A DNA stretch of 64,000 nucleotides, from assembly GCA_965215515.1 (NCBI GenBank), contig OZ244057.1:1376001-1440000 (forward strand), in the 5' to 3' direction. Positions within the stretch are counted from its first letter, which is position 1, and the number at the start of each line of letters is the position of its first letter. Positions 9,879-18,550 of the stretch are shown piece by piece. A model generated the notes under the pieces. The model ran no database searches. It was given only the letters and a program-made list of their open reading frames with translations, and was not told the origin of the DNA. This stretch comes from Oligoflexales bacterium (GTDB lineage: Bacteria; Bdellovibrionota_B; Oligoflexia; Oligoflexales; JAPPIL01). The position numbers and the translations under genes were made by a program.

Positions 9879-10349
9879 ATGCGTATCGACACTACCACCG
9901 CCATCGTCAAGCGAGGCCTCGTGTGCGTAGCCAGCGCACTGCTCGCCCTCGTCGCTGTACTGGTCTTGGCACGTACCCTGCCCGCTGGTCTGCCGCAACA
10001 TCTGCATGATTTTCAAGTAGAGATCGCAGGGGTTGATTACGGAGTCTTTGACCGCGTCGGTGGCATCGCACGAGTCGCGTTGGCAGGTGGGGAACAAAGC
10101 TACTACGAAGTTACTCTGGAGCGGCATTTTGTCGCACATCCTTCCCTTTCCTTCTGGGCGGAACGTCAACGCGCCAGGCATACCCATACATCAGACATCG
10201 CGTTGGTAACGCATGACCGTGGAGGCGAGCAACGCTACTTGCTCAAGCGTTGTCAGCCGCTGTCGTGGTCGGTTGAAGCGGCGAACACCGCCTCAGGCGG
10301 GTATCATGAAACTGTCGTGCTGGCCGTACAAGCTCTCGGTTCTTCCTAG
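9879..10349 (+). CDS. Phage tail tube-like protein (T4 gp19/Afp1-like) with N-terminal signal/TM segment
   Basis: FQVEIAG...GVFDRVGGI...YEVTLER...LSFW...DIALVTHDRGGE..RYLLKRCQPLSWSV...YHETVVLAVQAL follows the gp19-family pattern; hydrophobic GLVCVASALLALVAVLVLA precedes it. ORF is open from 9792. Confidence 0.7.
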   Translation: MRIDTTTAIVKRGLVCVASALLALVAVLVLARTLPAGLPQHLHDFQVEIAGVDYGVFDRVGGIARVALAGGEQSYYEVTLERHFVAHPSLSFWAERQRARHTHTSDIALVTHDRGGEQRYLLKRCQPLSWSVEAANTASGGYHETVVLAVQALGSS

Positions 10350-10403
10350 TCTCTGTGCTGCGTTACTGTGCTGTAGCTGTGATTTGACTTCCTCCAGCGA
10401 CGG

Positions 10404-11783
10404 TTGGTAACCTCGCGCGCCGTTACGGTGAGGGCGACGGCCATTTCTAGCGCACACAATCTCTACATCGTCTGCGGCGCGGGTGTTTCGGGCCGCGCCG
10501 CTACACGCTGGCTGCTGCATCACAAGCGGAAGGTGCTACTCTACGACGCAGATACCGTGCAGCTCGGCAACCCCGCGCTACGCAAGCTCGCGGCAGCGGC
10601 ACGTTTGCAGGTCACGGCGCAACTTACCCGAGTGCTGTGTGCCTTGCCGCGTTGCACGATGTTCGTCGTCAGCCCTGGTATCGGCCGTGACCATCCTCTA
10701 CTGGCGGCTGCGCGGGCACAGGGGGTAAACATTTGTTCCGAAGTTGCGCTCGGCTTGCCTGGTTATCGTGGCGAGATCGCCGCGGTGACTGGCACGAACG
10801 GGAAATCCACTGTCTGTGCCATGTTGCAGCACATCCTGCAACAACTGCCATTACCGAGTGCCTTGTGTGGCAACATCGGCACCGCGGTGAGCGAGGTGCT
10901 GCTACCTACTCGCCCCGTACCGCCGCGACTCGTCATCGAGTTATCCTCGTTTCAACTCGAACACACTCGCCTGCCTGCTCTGACAACCGCAATTTTTACT
11001 AACTTCGGTCCCTCCCACCTCGCCCGCCATGGCAGTGCAGATGCCTATTTTGCGCTGAAACAAAAACTTTTTGCTGCTCTTGCTCCCGAAGGGCTAGCTA
11101 TCTGCGACACGAGCGTGCGTGCTAAACTGAAAACCTTGCCTGCCAATCTCACGGTCGTTACAAATTCTGCGTTAGAATTTTTGGCTGACGACAAAATTTT
11201 GCGCAGCTACCCTCTGCACGACAGATGTAATGCCATGATGGCATTGCTTGCGGCACAAAAATTCAGCGGTCTTCACCTCACCCAACTCGTGCCCCACTTG
11301 CGTACGTGGTGTGGACTACCCTACCGTTTACAGTTGGTCGGGTATCTCGCGGGGCAGCCAGTTATCAACGATTCCAAAGCGACCGACAGCGCAGCCACTC
11401 TTGCCGCACTGCGAGCGCAGCGTGAACCAGTACAGCTGATCTACGGTGGGACGACTGTGCAGGGACGGCAGCTGCTCACCCAACGCGCAAAAATCGCCGC
11501 TATGCATGTTTTTGGCACGGAACGTAGACAACTGTGTATGCAACTGCGCACACACTTCCCCGTTCGGTCATTCCCCAACCTTGCTGCGTTGCTCGCGCGC
11601 CTGCCACAGACATGTATGTCTACGCCGTTGTTGTTTTCACCTGCCTGTATCAGCCCACCAGAGTTTGTTGATTTCATGGCACGGGGAAAATTTTTTGATG
11701 CTGCGTTGCGGAAGATGGACGGATTCACCGCGGCTGCACATCTTCCCAAGACCGATGATACCCCACGTTGCGAGGCGAGATAA
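10404..11783 (+). CDS. murD: UDP-N-acetylmuramoyl-L-alanine:D-glutamate ligase
   Basis: GAGVSG, VVSPGI, AVTGTNGKSTV, GNIG, ELSSFQL, HLARHG, INDSKAT, LFSPAC, RGKFF. Start uncertain. Confidence 0.92.
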   Translation: MVTSRAVTVRATAISSAHNLYIVCGAGVSGRAATRWLLHHKRKVLLYDADTVQLGNPALRKLAAAARLQVTAQLTRVLCALPRCTMFVVSPGIGRDHPLLAAARAQGVNICSEVALGLPGYRGEIAAVTGTNGKSTVCAMLQHILQQLPLPSALCGNIGTAVSEVLLPTRPVPPRLVIELSSFQLEHTRLPALTTAIFTNFGPSHLARHGSADAYFALKQKLFAALAPEGLAICDTSVRAKLKTLPANLTVVTNSALEFLADDKILRSYPLHDRCNAMMALLAAQKFSGLHLTQLVPHLRTWCGLPYRLQLVGYLAGQPVINDSKATDSAATLAALRAQREPVQLIYGGTTVQGRQLLTQRAKIAAMHVFGTERRQLCMQLRTHFPVRSFPNLAALLARLPQTCMSTPLLFSPACISPPEFVDFMARGKFFDAALRKMDGFTAAAHLPKTDDTPRCEAR

Positions 11784-11815
11784 GAGTATGATGTTGTGGA
11801 GGGGAGAACGCGGCT

Positions 11816-12622
11816 TTAGGGGCTGTCGAGGCTTTTCATTCCAGCTCCCAACACGTGGAAGCCGTTGTCGACGTGAAGCAGTTCTCCACTGATTGCGGCG
11901 GCGTAGTCGCTGAGCAAGAACGCGGCCGCGTGCCCGACATCTTCGCGGTGCAGTTCGCGGGTGAGTGGGGTTGCGGCGGCGTTGTGTTTTTGCATAGTGC
12001 TGAAACCTGCGATTGCCGACGAGGCTAGGGTTTTCAGGGGGCCAGGGCTGAGGTTGTTGATCCTGATGCCGCGCGGCCCTAGTTCCGCCGCGAGGTAGCG
12101 CACGGCACAGTCGAGTGCCGCTTTGCACACACCCATCATGTTGTAGCCTGTGATGACTTTTTCTCCGCCGTAGTAGGTCAGGGTTACCAGCGCACCGCCA
12201 GCTGTCATCAGAGGTGCGGCGGCACGAGCCACCGCGATAAGGCTATAGGCGCTGATGTCTGCGGCGCGGCGGAATCCCGCCCGACTTGCGTCTAACGTCG
12301 CGCAACGAATGTCTTCCAGCGGAGCAAAGGCGATGGCATGCACCAAAAAATCCAGTTCGTGCCACTCTTCTTGCACTTGGGCAAAAAAACCTGCAATGCT
12401 GTCATCGCTACCCACGTCACAGGGAAACACGAAATGCGGCCGCAGGTGGTCGATCGCCCTGCCCACCCGCTGACGCATTTTGTCGCTGCCCGCCGCGTCA
12501 GGAAGATAAGAGAACCCCAACACAGCTCCTTCTCGCCGCGCCACTGCGGCGATACCCGCGGCCAGCGAGCGGGAGTTTGCCACTCCCATGACGATACCCT
12601 TTTTCTCCGTCAACATACCCAT
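11816..12622 (-). CDS. fabI: Enoyl-ACP reductase FabI
   Basis: MGVANSRSLA, HAIAFAP, ISAYSL, YNMMGVCKAAL, SPGPLKTLA, HVDNG. Confidence 0.96.
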   Translation of the reverse strand: MGMLTEKKGIVMGVANSRSLAAGIAAVARREGAVLGFSYLPDAAGSDKMRQRVGRAIDHLRPHFVFPCDVGSDDSIAGFFAQVQEEWHELDFLVHAIAFAPLEDIRCATLDASRAGFRRAADISAYSLIAVARAAAPLMTAGGALVTLTYYGGEKVITGYNMMGVCKAALDCAVRYLAAELGPRGIRINNLSPGPLKTLASSAIAGFSTMQKHNAAATPLTRELHREDVGHAAAFLLSDYAAAISGELLHVDNGFHVLGAGMKSLDSP

Positions 12623-12687
12623 GCCCGTCTCCTGTGCAGCAATAAAAACCGACCCTCATCCTCTAGCACAAAACATCTTGGCACAGC

Positions 12688-12726
12688 TATAAAATTTGCA
12701 ACTTTATGATAATATTAAATAAATAA
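12688..12726 (-). repeat. AT-rich dispersed motif, copy 1
   Basis: Reverse complement matches 62898..62936 at 37 of 39 positions. Confidence 0.8.
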
Positions 12727-12858
12727 ATGGAGACCCCGTTTGCCCGCTCCTTTGAGCGATCCCCTAAACCCGCTATGATAGGTACGCGGCTTTGCGGCAA
12801 GGTCTGGTATAACTGCTAGCGATACTGCGAGGATAAGGGCGATACGCTTAATCATCAT
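12715..12858 (-). CDS. Small ORF (47 aa) with signal peptide; small secreted peptide or truncated gene
   Basis: Hand translation MMIKRIALILAVSLAVIPDLAA-KPRTYHSGFRGSLKGAGKRGLHLFI. Confidence 0.45.
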   Translation of the reverse strand: MMIKRIALILAVSLAVIPDLAAKPRTYHSGFRGSLKGAGKRGLHLFI

Positions 12859-13012
12859 TAAATTCTTTGCTACTTAAAAAGGTACATAGTAGCTACAACA
12901 TGACCGTTGTATCATATAAAAAATCAAAGTAAAGATATAAATTACATAATTTTATAAAATATTGGCACTTCCAGATTTCTGTGCAATAATGGGGGGGAGG
13001 TAAGGAGAGCAA

Positions 13013-13258
13013 ATGAGGTTAAAACAGGCAAGAAGCAACCCTCAACGCATCGTCATCGTCGGGGCTTCCTCAGCCATAGCGCAAAATTGTGCGAGGATAT
13101 GGGGAGGCAAAGAGGAAGTTGTAGAACTCATTTTGGTCGCGCGTAACGCCGCGCGCCTCAAACGCGTAGCCCGTGACTTACAAGTCCGCCACCCCCCACT
13201 TACGGGGGCAAACTGGTCGTCTATGTACCGAGAAAATGGCAATTTGTCCTGTGGATAA
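13013..13258 (+). pseudogene. Truncated short-chain dehydrogenase/reductase (N-terminal Rossmann fragment)
   Basis: Strong RBS aaggag; RIVIVGASSAIAQNCAR...LILVARN...VARDL; only 81 aa, so the catalytic YxxxK region is absent. Confidence 0.75.
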
Positions 13259-13313
13259 TTAAAAAACTCCCCCGCTTTGTCTTTAACAGAATGAACATAT
13301 AGAGCATCTACAC

Positions 13314-14276
13314 TCATTTGGCTCCGAAAGTCTTCTTGCCACGCTGCTCACGGTCGGTTTGTAAAATTTTCCTCTCGATCAACAACAGATGCTCGTTAAT
13401 TTTTTCTAGTTTGGCGGTCAAACTACTGAATTCTTGCTGAATACTATGATTTCGCTGTTGGCGCAGTCTTGCCTGCAAATCGGCTTGTTTCTGTAGGTCA
13501 GTCATGTTGTTAACGATAACCCCGATGAACAGGTTAAGCATAATCATCGTGCCGAGCAACACAAAAGAGACAAAAAACAACGGGGCGAGGAAAGGGTAGG
13601 CATGCGGTGCAACACACTGCGACAAAATATCACCATAGCCATACCGATCACAGCCATACATCGCAATATACATAATGTCTGTCCAGTCCTCGAGCGTGAC
13701 AACACGAAACAACGACAGAAATGAGACGTAGAGATCGGCAAAATGGACAGGGTCATTGCCACCGAAAAGATGCACCCCCACCACCGCATAGATGTAAAAA
13801 AGGATGAACAGCAAAGCAGACACATAACCCATCGAAGGCACACTGCGCAACAACGCTCCGACAATGATTTGCAAACGCGGCAGGGCAGTAATCAAACGCA
13901 GCACCCGCAAAATGCGCACCAAACGCACGACATAGACAAACTTGGTGTCAAAAGGGAGAAAACATACCACGACAATAATAAAATCGAAGACATTCCAGCC
14001 ATCACGAAAAAATCGCCCTGGCCGCCCGCCACAAGCAACGATCTTCACCACAATTTCCAGCGCGAAAATAGCGAGGATAAGCTGATCGACGGTCTGCAAA
14101 ATAACCCGATAACGAGTGGCGAGCGACGGATAAGTCTCGATACCGATGACCACACCCGCAAAAACAATGGTGGCAATGATAAACCAGCGAAAAAATCCGT
14201 GTGCTACCACCTGAACACACACACCGACAAGATGAGATAAAAAGGTACGCAAAGCTAGCTTCCCCTTGCACAACAC
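13314..14276 (-). CDS. Voltage-gated cation channel (BacNav family)
   Basis: Six-TM layout, FFRDGWNVFDFIIV, S4 RLVRILRVLRLI, filter TLEDWTD, MLNLFIGVIV, C-terminal coiled coil. Start uncertain. Confidence 0.95.
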   Translation of the reverse strand: MLCKGKLALRTFLSHLVGVCVQVVAHGFFRWFIIATIVFAGVVIGIETYPSLATRYRVILQTVDQLILAIFALEIVVKIVACGGRPGRFFRDGWNVFDFIIVVVCFLPFDTKFVYVVRLVRILRVLRLITALPRLQIIVGALLRSVPSMGYVSALLFILFYIYAVVGVHLFGGNDPVHFADLYVSFLSLFRVVTLEDWTDIMYIAMYGCDRYGYGDILSQCVAPHAYPFLAPLFFVSFVLLGTMIMLNLFIGVIVNNMTDLQKQADLQARLRQQRNHSIQQEFSSLTAKLEKINEHLLLIERKILQTDREQRGKKTFGAK

Positions 14277-14340
14277 GATAACATGGACGATAATACCCGT
14301 TTTGTTCTGTGAGGTTAAGCCTAACTATGGCCGCGCTACG

Positions 14341-14360
14341 CCTGAGTTCCGTGGGTAGGG
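14341..14360. repeat. 20-bp dispersed repeat cctgagttccgtgggtaggg, copy 1
   Basis: Identical to 24852..24871. Confidence 0.75.
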
Positions 14361-14408
14361 CGCTCAGTTAATTTTTTAAGCGACAGAAGGCCTGATTTTG
14401 CGGTGTTT

Positions 14409-14439
14409 TCCCCCTTTTGTAGTGCCTGACTAATTTTTT
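14409..14439. repeat. 31-bp dispersed intergenic repeat, copy 1
   Basis: ttccccttttgtagtgcctgactaatttttt matches 49700..49730 at 29 of 31 positions. Confidence 0.8.
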
Positions 14440-14472
14440 ATTGCCAAAAGTTATGGGTGGCTGGCTTGTTCG

Positions 14473-16788
14473 CTAGCTTGCCGCGCGGAACGGTTTATCC
14501 TGTCCCCAAAATTTTAATACCGTTTGCTTGATGTTGTGAAAGCGTAAATTTTCTGCCTCTCGTGTCAGAATAGGCTTCCAGAGAGCAAAAGCTTGTTCCT
14601 CGTCACCTTCACAGTAAGTGAGCAAGCCACGCAGATAGCACACCTCATCATCATCGTCGCTCCCGCGGGCGAGACGTTGTAAATAACCACGTGCTACATC
14701 TACCCGCCCTTGCCGCAAACACGCATGCCCTAAAATACACAACGCTCTTTCGGTATTGATGAACGAACGCTTCAAGGACAGCTGGGCATACTCGATGGCA
14801 GTGGTCAGCTCCCTGTTTTGCCACACATAGCAATCAGCCAATTCAAGATAAATGTCACCTTGCAAGGCAGGGGTAAGGCCAGAACGTTGCAAGGCAAAAT
14901 TGAACCACAAACAGGCAACCTCATGCTGCCAACACTCCTTGCCAAAAATACCCAACGCATAGTAGATTAAGGGACTGTCATAGTTCGTGTTCAGCAGTCG
15001 CGTAAAATCACGTAAAGCTTGATCAGGACTGAAAGCACAGGCAACCATCACCAAATTGCGTAATGATTCCTCCGTTCTCTGATACAGAAAATACAAGCGC
15101 GCCCGCGTGTAGGCAAGATAATATAATTTATGCGCAACAAGCTGTGTGGTTGCTTCCCAAAATTCTTTCCGGTCAAAGTCAAAACTTTCTTTTAAACTGG
15201 CGACGTTGTTGTCTAAATTTTTTATTTTTTTCTGCTCGTAATAGAGGTGAGTGAGATAGTAAATTTCTCCAATCAGCGATGAAACATGCCAGGGGTTGAG
15301 GTGCAACGCCTTCTTGATTACCTCGGCAGCACGCGTGAAATCATTGTGTGCGGCATAGCCTGCCGCCTGCAACGAGTAAAACTCAATCTGATGTTCAGGT
15401 GACAACCTCGCGGGATCTATTTCTGCCAGCACCGCCTGCCCTTGTGCGGCATCGTCGTTTTTTAACAGGAAGGCAGCCCAAGTAAGTTTTGCCGCGCTGC
15501 CATGTCTATCAAGCTCATACATGCGCTGTAGATGAGCACGAGCTTGCTTTTTGGACTTCATTGCAACGTAAAGCATACCCAGCTGACGATGCACTTCAGC
15601 ATCGGCTGCGAAGCGCGTCTGCATAGACTGTAGCAAGTTGAGGAGATCGAGCCGATCGCTGGACAACTTCACCATCTGCTGCATTTTTTCCCGACAAGCG
15701 AGATAATCCTCAACATCCACCGCTTGCGTGCGCAAACGTGCGATAAGCAACCATAGTCTGAGGCTGTCGTCGTCAGGGTATCTCTCATACACCCGTTCGA
15801 AAAGCTTGACCGCGCGCTCGGCATGCCCTGCATTGAGGTAGAAACCACCGATTTCTCGCACGAGTTCATCGTCTGGTGCATGCTTTGATTTTTGCAAAAG
15901 TGCAGTATAGAGATCAAACACTCGATCGTGTAGAGCAAACTCTTTACACACCGCGACGACAAACAGCAATGCCTCATCGCTACAAGTAGGATCTTGGAGA
16001 AAGTTATCTATCTGTAAACATGCCTGCTCTTTGTCACGCTGAGCACGCTCGCTATCGCCACGTGCCGCGGCAATACGAGCACGGCTGAGGCGACGATAAA
16101 GCAAAATTTCGGGAGGACAAGTACGCTGCGATTCCAACCACCACTGCACGAGGCAATCGATCGCTTCCTGTGCTTCGTCGTATTTGCCCTGCGCCAAAAA
16201 ATCTCCGCACAGACGACGATGCGTGTCAAAATTGCCGTAAACATTGTAGGGAGCAATCTGCTCAAACATATGAAAAAACGAATCACCCTCTTGCCACGCT
16301 TGCTTTTGATAGCAAATTTGACTCAGGCCAAAGTAACTCGGATACCAATCAGGATCGAGTTCAAGACTCTTTTCATAACTAGATATAGCTCGCTCATAAT
16401 CACCCATACGTTCTTGATTGAAGGCAATGCCGTACCAGGCGAAAGCTGACTCGCCGTGCTTCTTGAGTAAAGCCCGACAACGTTTTATCAAAGCAGGAGG
16501 GGTATGCTGACCACCGAACTGCGCGATCATCACCTTGCCCGCTTCCCTCACTAAAGCGTTCTCCTGCCGCTGATAAAAACTGTGCAAATCATCCACCTCA
16601 CCCAGCTTGACCTCCAACTCAACATAACGCAGATGAAGCAGCAAACTCGTCTCATGCTCCGTCAACAAACGGGTCAGAATTTCCTTCGCAGCCTCGTAAT
16701 TGCGGATAAAAATCAACTTGTTAGCTTCTTCAAGCTCCCGCTGGAAATGCAGCCGCGGTGACGTGTTGCTCGTTTTTGACAAAGACAT
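14473..16788 (-). CDS. Large tetratricopeptide-repeat protein
   Basis: AWYGIAFNQERMGDYERAISSYEKSLELDPD and several other TPR-like helix pairs; RBS ggag; no signal peptide. Confidence 0.85.
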   Translation of the reverse strand: MSLSKTSNTSPRLHFQRELEEANKLIFIRNYEAAKEILTRLLTEHETSLLLHLRYVELEVKLGEVDDLHSFYQRQENALVREAGKVMIAQFGGQHTPPALIKRCRALLKKHGESAFAWYGIAFNQERMGDYERAISSYEKSLELDPDWYPSYFGLSQICYQKQAWQEGDSFFHMFEQIAPYNVYGNFDTHRRLCGDFLAQGKYDEAQEAIDCLVQWWLESQRTCPPEILLYRRLSRARIAAARGDSERAQRDKEQACLQIDNFLQDPTCSDEALLFVVAVCKEFALHDRVFDLYTALLQKSKHAPDDELVREIGGFYLNAGHAERAVKLFERVYERYPDDDSLRLWLLIARLRTQAVDVEDYLACREKMQQMVKLSSDRLDLLNLLQSMQTRFAADAEVHRQLGMLYVAMKSKKQARAHLQRMYELDRHGSAAKLTWAAFLLKNDDAAQGQAVLAEIDPARLSPEHQIEFYSLQAAGYAAHNDFTRAAEVIKKALHLNPWHVSSLIGEIYYLTHLYYEQKKIKNLDNNVASLKESFDFDRKEFWEATTQLVAHKLYYLAYTRARLYFLYQRTEESLRNLVMVACAFSPDQALRDFTRLLNTNYDSPLIYYALGIFGKECWQHEVACLWFNFALQRSGLTPALQGDIYLELADCYVWQNRELTTAIEYAQLSLKRSFINTERALCILGHACLRQGRVDVARGYLQRLARGSDDDDEVCYLRGLLTYCEGDEEQAFALWKPILTREAENLRFHNIKQTVLKFWGQDKPFRAAS

Positions 16789-16827
16789 TTCTCCATAATA
16801 CTAACCTAAAGATGTCTACTATCCTAA

Positions 16828-16854
16828 ACATCGGCTTTACATTTATAAAGTTTA
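16828..16854 (-). promoter_or_regulatory. Putative sigma-28 (FliA-type) promoter of the TPR gene
   Basis: Minus strand reads TAAA-N15-GCCGATGT versus consensus TAAA-N15-GCCGATAA, about 40 bp upstream of ATG 16788. Confidence 0.6.
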
Positions 16855-17018
16855 GCTTGGGAACTCTTTATTTGTGGGTAAACGTAAGCTGCGGTGGATT
16901 TGACATCGGTACGTGTTTATAAGAAAATTTGTACAGGCGTGTAAAGTTTTAAGCGAGATTTCCGACGCGGTCGGATGCCGTGTGGTTATGATGACTAATG
17001 AGTGGAGGGAGTTGAGTT

Positions 17019-18368
17019 ATGCGTAGCGTGGGTTTGGTAGCAGTTTTGCTATTGTTTGTGGCTTGTAAGCCAGTGGCGAGAGCCCCCGTGTCTGAACTAG
17101 AAGCAGTCACGGATGGCAATTTGACCTTAGGTATGGTGGCGGCAGAATCTAGCAATGGAGCACAAGCTTATCGCTTGCTTCTCTGCCGCAAGTCAGCCTC
17201 GTATCCCCAGTGGATGTTGAACGATAACAACCGTTGTCGTCCCGCACTGTTGGATCATGCCGACAACGAGGTCGTTTTTATTCATGACGAGCTAGAGCGC
17301 GATTTTGCCACCAAGTATACTGGATACGGCAAGGGCTTTGTTGTCCCCGCCTTGATCGGTATCGGTGCGGTCGGGGCTCTTTTTGGGGGGGGAAGGTGGC
17401 TACTCAAGCATACTCCTGACAAATTAGCCAAGCCCGTCACAGATGTTTCGGGAAACGTTCGTAAAGCCATACTGGAAAACAACATTTCCAAGAAAATAAC
17501 CGCTGCACCTGGCACCGCGGTAGCCTCGCTGCGGAAGCTCTCTGCTACCTACACTCCTAACTGGCTCGCAGTGCCGAATGCTAGGTATAGTACCCTTTAT
17601 GCTGAAAATCAGGCTGGAAAGTGGAGCAGACTGCACAAAAGAGGTATCCTGAACGTGGAGTCAGCTCTGAAAGAGCAGAGAGGTATAAATGGGTTTTCTC
17701 ATCGCCTTCATCAATTGGAACATGAAAACAAACTACTTAAGGCCTATGATAAGGCTAAGGATAAGAACAAATTCCTAGCTGGCCTCGGTGAGGTTGATGA
17801 TGATTTCATCGAGAAAACCAATGCTATGCACTATAAATGGGGAGATACAAATAAACCGATGCCTGCACCTGCCTACTGGAATAGGTTGGCAAAAAGCAAT
17901 AAAATGCAGAACATCAAAGACCTTAGGGTAAAGGCTGCTGATCCTGGTTTCAACCCTCAAACAAGGATTGCAGAGCTGGAGGGTGATCCCCAGGCAAACA
18001 TCGTGCATATGGTGCAAACTAAAAGATTCACAAATGCCAAGAATATTGCTGACGCTAAAGCAGCACTTGTTCGGAGTAGGACAATTAGGCAATATACACC
18101 GTGGGGGATGAGTCGCGAAGGTTTCAGGAGTCTTACCCTACAAGGTGCTGCCGCGGGTGCGGCTGGTATCGCACTCGTCACCCTGACCGATCTCGACAAA
18201 TCGGTATTTGGCTACGATGATCGGCAAGCGAGTGTGCATTGGAATCAAGTCTTTTCCGAAAGCATGCGGAGCGAGAAGCAAGTGAAGGATTTGCCTGGAC
18301 TGCTGGAGACTTTTGCTGATTTTTTCGGCCACAAGGTCAACCAGCAAGCGCTGGCACTAGGCAGCTGA
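17019..18368 (+). CDS. Hypothetical lipoprotein with two Gly/Ala-rich hydrophobic segments
   Basis: Lipobox FVAC; hydrophobic stretches VPALIGIGAVGALFGGG and GAAAGAAGIALVTL flank a Lys-rich, low-GC centre. Confidence 0.8.
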   Translation: MRSVGLVAVLLLFVACKPVARAPVSELEAVTDGNLTLGMVAAESSNGAQAYRLLLCRKSASYPQWMLNDNNRCRPALLDHADNEVVFIHDELERDFATKYTGYGKGFVVPALIGIGAVGALFGGGRWLLKHTPDKLAKPVTDVSGNVRKAILENNISKKITAAPGTAVASLRKLSATYTPNWLAVPNARYSTLYAENQAGKWSRLHKRGILNVESALKEQRGINGFSHRLHQLEHENKLLKAYDKAKDKNKFLAGLGEVDDDFIEKTNAMHYKWGDTNKPMPAPAYWNRLAKSNKMQNIKDLRVKAADPGFNPQTRIAELEGDPQANIVHMVQTKRFTNAKNIADAKAALVRSRTIRQYTPWGMSREGFRSLTLQGAAAGAAGIALVTLTDLDKSVFGYDDRQASVHWNQVFSESMRSEKQVKDLPGLLETFADFFGHKVNQQALALGS

Positions 18369-18395
18369 ACGGAGCGAACAAGCGGCAACTTTTGC

Positions 18396-18425
18396 AAAGA
18401 GCAGGTCTTGTGCCTGCTCTTTTTT
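18396..18425 (+). terminator. Intrinsic terminator
   Basis: aaagagcagg...cctgctcttt stem followed by a T run. Confidence 0.85.
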
Positions 18426-18550
18426 ATATTTAGGAACAGATTGCTGCAAGTTTCAGCACAGGACGAGGTGAGGTGGTGATGGTGGACTCGGCACTAAGAT
18501 ATTGGCATGGTAGGGCTGAAGACGTATAATGGCGGGGTCGATAGGGGAGT

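Noticed and set aside
13184..13214. ttacgggggca at the SDR truncation point, resembling the 44-bp IS-like end
   Set aside because: Only 11 bp match; suggestive but not enough to call a copy.
13250..13258. Perfect DnaA box TGTGGATAA
   Set aside because: A single 9-mer is expected by chance in 64 kb.
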